Assembly (NCBI GenBank): GCA_963802675.1
Contig: CAWDJL010000005.1
Location: 361,193-425,192 of the forward strand
Direction of reading: 5' to 3'
DNA length: 64,000 nt
Source of the DNA: an uncultured Acidobacteriota bacterium
Lineage (GTDB): Bacteria; Acidobacteriota; Vicinamibacteria; Vicinamibacterales; UBA2999
Part shown: in pieces, positions 37,301 to 43,259 of the stretch
Position numbering within the stretch: position 1 is the stretch's first letter
How the letters are laid out: each line of letters opens with the position of its first letter
The notes under the pieces: generated by a model
The model's input: the letters and a program-made list of their open reading frames with translations, nothing else
The model's database searches: none
What the model was told of the DNA's origin: nothing
Position numbers and translations under genes: made by a program

Positions 37301-38450
37301 GCCGACCGGTACGGCAACCGCCGACCCTTCGGCGGCGCTTTCGGCAGTCGAGCAGAAATTGCTCGCCATCTGGCTTGATGTCTTGCGCGTGAAGTCACTG
37401 GGCGTCAACGATGACTTCTTCGCGTTGGGGGGACATTCGCTGACCGCTGTGCAGATGTTTTCGTCCATTCAGGCCGCGTTCGACCGGAGTCTGCCTTTCA
37501 GCGCTCTGCTTCAGCATTCGACCGTGGCACGACTGGCCAGGCTTCTAGAGCCGCCGGTCGCTTCGGACGTTCGACCGTCTTCTTTGGTCCCGCTCCGATC
37601 GAGTGGCTCGTTGCCACCGTTGTTCCTGCTTCCTGGCATCGGAAGCGAAGTGTGGACGTTTCTCGAACTGGTCAAGGAGCTCGACGCCAAACAGCCAGTG
37701 TTTGGCATCTTGCCGACCGGCGCGAAGGGTGCTGGGCGCACGCTTTCGATCAGCGAAATGGCGACGGGTTTCGCCGCTGACATCGAATCAGCGTACCCCG
37801 GTGGTCCGTACATCCTCGGCGGCTATTGTTCAGGAGCGGTGACGGCGTTCGAGGTCGCGCGGCAGTTGCGGCTGCGAGGCAAGCCGGTGCAAATGCTGGT
37901 CGTGTTCGATTACTGGTTGAAAGAGCAACGCTGTGGCCTTCTCGCCTACGTTCGCAACGCCGCGCTCTGGTTCGCCGACGACTTCATGCATACGAGCGTC
38001 TCGAACAACCTTGGCAGGGCGAAGAGCAAGGCTCGGTTGCTGCGAGCCCGCGGGAGAGCCCTCATGGGGCGGGTGGGCCCACCGCCCGACGTGCGCGACG
38101 TGCTCGGGATGTGGCGCTATCCGGACTACGAGGTCCGTCGGCTCGAAGACTTCCTGAAGGCGATGCACGCGTACCGTTTCACCGGCTATGACGGTGCGAT
38201 TCACGTGTTCCGCGCGCGGACACGAAGCCTTGGACGCTCGCAGCCTTCGGCCGACATGGGATGGAGCGAAATCGCCGAGGGTCCGCTGACGATAGAGACG
38301 GTCCAGGGTGCGCACGACAGCATGTTCATGCAGCCGTTCGTGCGCAGTCTGGCCACGCGGCTTGACCGCGCAATTCGGGCTGCGGAACAAACCGATCGGC
38401 GAAGGGACTCGACTCCGACGGAGACGCCGGTCGTCGGCCACCTCGTTTGA
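34383..38450 (+). CDS. Non-ribosomal peptide synthetase, single termination module C-A-T-TE (A-domain code Val)
   Basis: C: LPQRRLWLSH, VHHIIFDGWS. A: AYVMYTSGSTGRPNGV, NGYGPTECT, YRTGDLVRW, NGKVDRTAL. T: DDFFALGGHSLTA. TE: LFLLPGIGSEVW, PYILGGYCSGAVTAFEVA (Cys codon 37827-37829), VQGAHDSMF. Confidence 0.95.
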   Translation: MASKEIAAALEGVVEAPCSLPQRRLWLSHTLYGQRSSYNIPFIYRLEGALDVGRLQRSLDRVLERHEVLRTFFRLENRDVVQVIQPKLTVPITEKDLNQMPVGEAVKSALAAAAIDAAIPFDLTTTPLLRATLYRLGDRDHVLAFCVHHIIFDGWSEGILWRELAAFYDADSEACGLEELAIQYADFAIWQREHRAGDAAESSHAYWKRQLADAPAVLNLPLDAPRPVEPSHRGRLEVMDVPGPVVHALVALGRRYGATLHMMLLAAYSVVLHRYSGDPEVVIGTALAGRTRSEIESLIGFFINTVAVRADLRGEPTFVDLLERIKRVMLESHANQDVPFEAVVEMLHPDRTTGQIPLFQTMFVLQNHEGAPVSLGEATLSPLEVHNGSSKCDLLLSIRAVLDGSSGMACSLEYDTDLFRPATAVRLLESFRSVLVGVIERPNQRIATLPVVSPSERELLTSWGRTPAESPRDSTIHREFAAAAARTPHAIAVSGESESLTYAQLETRAHQLAVVLRREGVQRGDLVAMCLERGLTPIVAQLAVLKTGGAYVPLDTSYPTSRISCIIEDAQPRVVLAERRTADVVPPCDARVILIDQALTPVLASPEPWPDEGNGEDLAYVMYTSGSTGRPNGVRVPHRGVLRLVLGSTYVDWRKATTFLQMAPLSFDASTFEVWGPLLHGARLVVFPEQVPTIPRLEQVLREGKVDCLWLTAALFNFVIDERPECLASVRQLIVGGEALSVPHVIRSQARLPFTKLINGYGPTECTTFACCYPIPPIPASATSIPIGRPIANTSVLVLDTHRQVVPVGVVGELYIGGDGVALGYHDRSELTAARFVPDPSGDTGERWYRTGDLVRWLPEGVLDFVGRIDSQVKMRGFRVEPGEIEAVCRRHHAVRDVVVLLHKRTPTDARLVAYVATVDHTAASAADIRQFLEQHLPRQLMPSEIVLCDELPLTPNGKVDRTALLARSVAPAPTGTATADPSAALSAVEQKLLAIWLDVLRVKSLGVNDDFFALGGHSLTAVQMFSSIQAAFDRSLPFSALLQHSTVARLARLLEPPVASDVRPSSLVPLRSSGSLPPLFLLPGIGSEVWTFLELVKELDAKQPVFGILPTGAKGAGRTLSISEMATGFAADIESAYPGGPYILGGYCSGAVTAFEVARQLRLRGKPVQMLVVFDYWLKEQRCGLLAYVRNAALWFADDFMHTSVSNNLGRAKSKARLLRARGRALMGRVGPPPDVRDVLGMWRYPDYEVRRLEDFLKAMHAYRFTGYDGAIHVFRARTRSLGRSQPSADMGWSEIAEGPLTIETVQGAHDSMFMQPFVRSLATRLDRAIRAAEQTDRRRDSTPTETPVVGHLV

Positions 38451-38571
38451 GATGGGGTTGCGCCGGGCGCTCGCCCAAGCTGCGTCACACCTGCGGACGA
38501 AGGCCAGAATCAAGCAACGTTGGTTTCGGTCGCGAAGCGACAGTCGAGCCGACCGCCGCGCCCACGTGCGG

Positions 38572-38937
38572 TTATGGTTTGCCCTGTTGCAGCCGCCAGC
38601 GCACAACCAGAGCTGCCGCGATTGCGCCAGCGACATTGCAGAGAAGGTCGGTTGCTGACGGGAAGCGCGAGTGGCTAAAAACCTGGAGCGACTCGCCGAA
38701 GAGCGACACGACGAACGCGATCACTGCGGCGGCGAGCACGCGAGATCGAAAGTAAAGCGCGCTCGCAATCCCGAGCGGTGCACACAGCAGGAGGTTGACC
38801 ACGATGTCTCGGTTGCGGACTGGCCATGAAACGAAAGGAATCCAGCCCACTTCATCCCAGTGAGTGTGGCCGTGAAAGTCACCCCAGGGCACGATGACGA
38901 GCAGAGCGACCAGTGCCGATGCAATCAGGGCTGACAT
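38572..38937 (-). CDS. VanZ-like family membrane protein
   Basis: MSALIASALVALLVIV..NRDIVVNLLLCAPLG..FGESLQVFSHSRFPSATDLLCNVAGAIAAAL matches the VanZ-like pattern. The start is refined from 39099 to ATG ~38937; the longer version overlaps the divergent neighbour and is R/D-rich. Confidence 0.6.
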   Translation of the reverse strand: MSALIASALVALLVIVPWGDFHGHTHWDEVGWIPFVSWPVRNRDIVVNLLLCAPLGIASALYFRSRVLAAAVIAFVVSLFGESLQVFSHSRFPSATDLLCNVAGAIAAALVVRWRLQQGKP

Positions 38938-39003
38938 TCTGAAGCGTCTCACGCCATGATCATCATAGGCGACGGGAACAGGCGATAAAATCCAGTCAAG
39001 CAG

Positions 39004-39696
39004 ATGAACGACCCACGGCAAAGGCCACGCGTCGCCGCACTGATCTTCGTCGTCACGGCTGCGACGCTCCCTGGAACGGCGCAGCCAGCTGGTGTTCATC
39101 CGCTCAGTGGCCGCGAATACGCACGGCCCATGGGCGTGGCGGGTGCCCCATGGCTCGATCGCGAGGAGCGAGAAACCGAAGAAGCGCCCTCGCGGGCCCT
39201 GCAGATCATCGGGGTCGTTGAGGGATCAACAGTCGCAGACGTCGGGGCCGGGTCGGGCTACTTTACCGAGCGCCTGGCGCGACTCGTGGGACCGTCGGGG
39301 CGCGTATTCGCGACCGACATTCAACAAGGCATGCTCGACCTTGCGGCTCGCCGCTTGCAGCGTCAGGGGCTGCAGAACGTGACGCTCATCCTGAGCGAGC
39401 CGGCCAATCCGCGTCTGGTGGGCGCGTCCGTGGACATGGTCTTGATGGTGGACGTCTACCACGAGTTGGGAGACCCGATGACGGTGCTGCGACACCTCCG
39501 CGAGGCGCTGAAGCCGACCGGGCGCCTCGTGCTCATCGAGTACAAAGGTGAGGACCCGACGATTCCCATCTTGCCGTCACACAAGATGACAGTCGCCCAG
39601 GCAAAACTGGAGGTCGAACACGAGGGGTTCGTGCTGGCAAAGGTGGACTCGAACCTCCCGCGTCAGCACGTACTAATCTTCAATCGCAAGCCGTAG
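39004..39696 (+). CDS. Class I SAM-dependent methyltransferase with N-terminal signal/anchor
   Basis: RVAALIFVVTAATLPGTAQP (signal-like), VADVGAGSGYFTERLARLV..VFATDI..VDMVLMVDVYHEL..LKPTGRLVLIEY. Confidence 0.7.
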   Translation: MNDPRQRPRVAALIFVVTAATLPGTAQPAGVHPLSGREYARPMGVAGAPWLDREERETEEAPSRALQIIGVVEGSTVADVGAGSGYFTERLARLVGPSGRVFATDIQQGMLDLAARRLQRQGLQNVTLILSEPANPRLVGASVDMVLMVDVYHELGDPMTVLRHLREALKPTGRLVLIEYKGEDPTIPILPSHKMTVAQAKLEVEHEGFVLAKVDSNLPRQHVLIFNRKP

Positions 39697-39719
39697 AAGG
39701 CGGGTGAGAACAGGCCCGT

Positions 39720-39811
39720 CAGTTTCCATTTGCCAGTTACGAGTTCAAAGACGGCCGGTCTGTCCTTTGAACTGACAACTGGCAAACCGGCCACTGGCGA
39801 CTGGCCACTGG
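39720..39811. repeat. CAGTT-word inverted-repeat element, copy 1 (tandem 7-nt words, spacer, complementary words)
   Basis: CAGTTTC CATTTGC CAGTTAC GAGTTCA AAG | acggccggtctgtc | CTTTGAACTG ACAACTG GCAAACCG GCCACTG GCGACTG GCCACTG. The core stem tgccagttacgagttcaaag/ctttgaactgacaactggca pairs 17 of 20. Lies between convergent genes. Confidence 0.75.
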
Positions 39812-39814
39812 AGA

Positions 39815-41032
39815 CTATCCGGGCGGCCGGGAAACGGCCGTGCGGGCACCGCCGCCACCTCCGCCTCCGCTCCCGCCGCTCGAGTAGCCAGAGCCCGATA
39901 CGCTTCCGCCGGACCCGCTGGACCCACTCGAACCACCGCTTCCCTCGGATGCGCCCGTCGAGCCTGACCCAGATGTTGGCGTCGGCACATTCGGGCGCAC
40001 GCGTGTGTAGCCGCGGCCATCGACGACCCGACCGTTGGAATCTGGTTGCACCGGCTGCGGATTGACGATGACGAAACCAGGACCCTGGAAATAGTAGGGG
40101 TCGTAGGATCCCCAGTAGCGATAGCCGAAGGGGGCGAAGTAGGACGTATAGAAGAACGGATCGCTGTAGTACGGCCACATCGAATCGAAGCCGCTCACGC
40201 CCCACGAACCGCCGCCGCTCGTGTTGCGTTCCACCACGAACTTCGACGGGAAGGACTGGGCCACCATCAAGTCGATGATTTGGTCGGGAACGCCCGCCCG
40301 ATCCAACTCGATCAGACGCTCGCCAGTCAAATCGAACCCCTTCTTCAACTCGAAGATCGCGGCCTGCAGCGCCTCGGGAGCGACCTTGGTCACGGCCTCC
40401 TTGACGTCTTCGATCGAGAGCCTCGACGAGAGCGGCACGGCGGGAGTTCGCGGCACAGGTGGCAGCAGGCCAGCATGCTTCTGATTGGCAGCGCGGTGAT
40501 AGCGCCGCACCCGAAGGTTGTTCGTGCCTTCGCTTTCGATCATCTGTACGTCGATCCACAGTGGCCCGAGCATCATCATCGACAGCCCAGAGACCTTCCG
40601 TGGCGCCTGATCGCCGCATGAGATTTCAGCGTCGGCGAAGAGTCGAGCGCCCAGGCCTGACCACACCCCACGCTGCCAGCCGCGGCAGTCCGATTCCGTG
40701 AGCGGCCGCTGCGTACCATCAGCAACGACCGTTTCCGTCAGGACCGGTTCGTCGTTCACGAGCGTCGTCATCGTCACGCCGCCAGTCGCCGGCGTGACGC
40801 AGACCAACGCCCCGGGGATGGCGCGTGAGCGGCCGAGCGACACTAACGCATCGGCGAGCGTTGGTGCGTCGTGTACCGATTCATCGATGATCTGCCAACA
40901 GCCCAGCCACGGGGCCCATCGCGGATCTACTGTCATGGGTCGCGGAGGCGCAGTCTGGGCAGACGCGATCGCCGCTGCGAAAGTCACGATGACGACGGCG
41001 TAGCCGGCGCGCGCAAAGACAGAAGGTCTCAT
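39815..41032 (-). CDS. Hypothetical secreted protein with aromatic-rich segment and Gly/Ser-rich C-terminal tail
   Basis: Signal peptide MRPSVFARAGYAVVIVTFAAAIASAQT, then ..WPYYSDPFFYTSYFAPFGYRYWGSYDPYYFQGPGF.. and ..GSGSTGASEGSGGSSGSSGSGGSVSGSGYSSGGSGGGGGGG. No family recognised. Confidence 0.6.
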   Translation of the reverse strand: MRPSVFARAGYAVVIVTFAAAIASAQTAPPRPMTVDPRWAPWLGCWQIIDESVHDAPTLADALVSLGRSRAIPGALVCVTPATGGVTMTTLVNDEPVLTETVVADGTQRPLTESDCRGWQRGVWSGLGARLFADAEISCGDQAPRKVSGLSMMMLGPLWIDVQMIESEGTNNLRVRRYHRAANQKHAGLLPPVPRTPAVPLSSRLSIEDVKEAVTKVAPEALQAAIFELKKGFDLTGERLIELDRAGVPDQIIDLMVAQSFPSKFVVERNTSGGGSWGVSGFDSMWPYYSDPFFYTSYFAPFGYRYWGSYDPYYFQGPGFVIVNPQPVQPDSNGRVVDGRGYTRVRPNVPTPTSGSGSTGASEGSGGSSGSSGSGGSVSGSGYSSGGSGGGGGGGARTAVSRPPG

Positions 41033-41050
41033 GAGGGTTGCTCCGTTCGG

Positions 41051-41839
41051 TCAATACAACACGTTGATACCCGCCGAGATGCGAAAGCCAGACAGATCGA
41101 TGGGATCGAAGTCCACGAAGTCACTGCCGAGTTTACCGCGAGCGTAGGTGAACCGCCCCTCCATCGTAGCGAAGATCGCACGATAGAGTTTGACATCCGC
41201 GCCTCCGAAGACGTGCGCGCTCGGCGCCCAGCCCGTCGACCGAAAGGTGTCAGGAAAAACCGACAAGTCGATGAAGTCGACGAAATCGCCACGCTGAGTG
41301 AAGTCGTAGTACACCGCACCACCGCCCGCGCCGGCAAACGGCACCACGCGCCGAGGGACCCAGGCAAACCGGCTGACTTCGTAGCCAGGGGAAGCCAGCG
41401 CGTAACGGACCCCCGCTGTCAGATGAACCAGTTTCAGCGAGGTGTCCTGATTGATCGGAAGCGAGTTGTTGTCGGTAAAGTCGCGGTACTCTGACGTGAC
41501 GGTGTTGCGGCTCCACTCGAAGCCGAATTGTGCCGCCAGCCGCGGCATGAGATTGATAGCCGTATCGACGCCGATGCCCGGGGCGTTGAAATCCTCTTTG
41601 TCGAGCGTGAGTTGACGAGTGACGAAATCAAAGAGGTCGCTCCCGCCACGGGCGAAGACCCAGCTTCCGTGCAGTCCGAACGATCCGGTGGGTCGTCCGA
41701 AGAGAAAATCTGGTCGGCGGTCGGGCTCTTGCTGCCCGACCGGAGTCTGCTCAGCGAACGCGACACCCCGTCCTGCCACCACGGCTAGGACCAGTGCGAT
41801 GGAGGCGACTTGCAAACGACCAAGATGCCTGACATCCAT
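41051..41839 (-). CDS. Outer-membrane beta-barrel protein (hypothetical)
   Basis: Start refined to MDVRHLGRLQVASIALVLAVVAGRGVAFAEQ (signal peptide). Alternating hydrophobic pattern and a C-terminal ..FRISAGINVLY aromatic terminus typical of OMP barrels. Confidence 0.55.
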   Translation of the reverse strand: MDVRHLGRLQVASIALVLAVVAGRGVAFAEQTPVGQQEPDRRPDFLFGRPTGSFGLHGSWVFARGGSDLFDFVTRQLTLDKEDFNAPGIGVDTAINLMPRLAAQFGFEWSRNTVTSEYRDFTDNNSLPINQDTSLKLVHLTAGVRYALASPGYEVSRFAWVPRRVVPFAGAGGGAVYYDFTQRGDFVDFIDLSVFPDTFRSTGWAPSAHVFGGADVKLYRAIFATMEGRFTYARGKLGSDFVDFDPIDLSGFRISAGINVLY

Positions 41840-42032
41840 AGAGAGCTTCTCCGATCCGCTTGCCAGGACACCCGTGAAGGGTTCGGCTAAGGAGAGCAAA
41901 GGCTGGACCAGTTGGGACGTCATCAATATGCGCGGAATTGACGCTAGCGGGCCGGCCATCGCGAGGGAAGCGGCCTGGAAAGGGGACGCCGGTCTTTGCC
42001 ACGTCTGAGCGGCGAGGTAGATTGAGGGCCAC

Positions 42033-43040
42033 ATGATGCGCAGAACACTCGTGGCCGTCGCTGTCATCATTGTCGCGCTTGGGACCCCTCGCGTCGAGTC
42101 GTTCGACCAGGAATCTCCTCGAGCGCCAGCAAAGCTCTTCGTGTTGGACGACCCGTTCTGGCTGAACCTTCATCACTATTTATATGTCCTCGGCCGGGCC
42201 CAGGCGGACATTCCAGACAGCCGTCGACGGGCCGTCGCCGGCGCGCCCGCTGACCAGGCCGAAGGATTGAAGGCGCTCGACCAGGGGGAGCAACGCGCCT
42301 GGCAGAACGCCGTCGCGCTCTACGCCAAGGGCCCGAGCACGCGAGACGTTCTGTTCGATGGTGACATGGTGACACTCGGGCGTACGCTCGTGGCCGCCGG
42401 CGATCGAGCCATGCTTGACAGCGTTGGATTCGATCCGCAGGTCATCGACACGTTGCGTCGCGCGGCGCCACTCTATCGAAAAGCCTGGTGGCCGGGCCAC
42501 GAACGCGCGAATCAGGCCCTGATCACGCGGCTTGGCGCCGACCTGACGAAGCACGGGAACGCGATCCACGCGTTCATCACCCGTGCGTATCGTGAACGGT
42601 GGCCCGCCGACGGTTTTCGCGTCAACGTGGCCGCCTATGCGAACTGGGCCGGTGCGTTTTCGACGAGCGCAGGGGTTCTCGTTGTCTCGAGTCTGGATCC
42701 GGCAGCAGCTGAAGGACTCAAGGGACTCGAGGGAATCTTCCACGAAGCGATGCACCAATGGGACGACGCGATCTTCACCGCGTTGTCGGCGGAAGCTCGC
42801 CGACAGCGTTCGACGGTGCCAGATTCGCTCTCACACGCCATGATCTTTTTCACCGCGGGCGAAGCCGTCCGCAGCGTGGACCCGAGTCATGTGCCGTACG
42901 CCGAAGCCGAAGGGGTCTGGTCTCGTGGCATGGGGAGCCTGAAACCGGCCCTGGAGGCGATTTGGAAGCCGTATCTCGACGGCCGCGGCACTCGCGACGA
43001 GGCGATCGCGGCGCTGATTAAAGCGGTAGCTACTCCGTAG
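42033..43040 (+). CDS. Hypothetical exported protein with HExxH motif
   Basis: MMRRTLVAVAVIIVALG signal/anchor. GIFHEAMHQWD contains HEAMH (HExxH). No family recognised by eye. Confidence 0.5.
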   Translation: MMRRTLVAVAVIIVALGTPRVESFDQESPRAPAKLFVLDDPFWLNLHHYLYVLGRAQADIPDSRRRAVAGAPADQAEGLKALDQGEQRAWQNAVALYAKGPSTRDVLFDGDMVTLGRTLVAAGDRAMLDSVGFDPQVIDTLRRAAPLYRKAWWPGHERANQALITRLGADLTKHGNAIHAFITRAYRERWPADGFRVNVAAYANWAGAFSTSAGVLVVSSLDPAAAEGLKGLEGIFHEAMHQWDDAIFTALSAEARRQRSTVPDSLSHAMIFFTAGEAVRSVDPSHVPYAEAEGVWSRGMGSLKPALEAIWKPYLDGRGTRDEAIAALIKAVATP

Positions 43041-43042
43041 CA

Positions 43043-43218
43043 AAGTGCCTAGGGTGCCTGTTGTGCCTCGGTGCCTGAGTGCGGGTGCCTAGGTGCACAT
43101 GGTGCCTAGGTGCCTAAGGTGCGAGAGCACTCAGGCACCCTAGCACCTCAAGCACCCTGGCACTGGCACTTAGGTACCGAGGGCACCCTCGGCACTTAGG
43201 CACGTTGCTGAGGCACCT
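43043..43218. repeat. GTGCCT / AGGCAC word-array inverted repeat (~175 nt imperfect palindrome)
   Basis: Nine GTGCCT-like words with 8-9-nt spacing (starts ~43045, 54, 63, 71, 85, 93, 102, 110, 119). After a centre at ~43126-43130 come about ten (A/G)GCAC(C) words up to ~43217. Lies between two plus-strand genes. Confidence 0.8.
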
Positions 43219-43259
43219 TACGTCGGAACAGTCAGTCACCGACCTCCGTCGAAGTCTGA

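Noticed and set aside
39663-40619. 318-aa ORF overlapping the secreted-protein gene 39815..41032 in another frame
   Set aside because: It is extremely Arg-rich (RRRR runs) and has no start context. The competing frame has a clean signal peptide and balanced composition.
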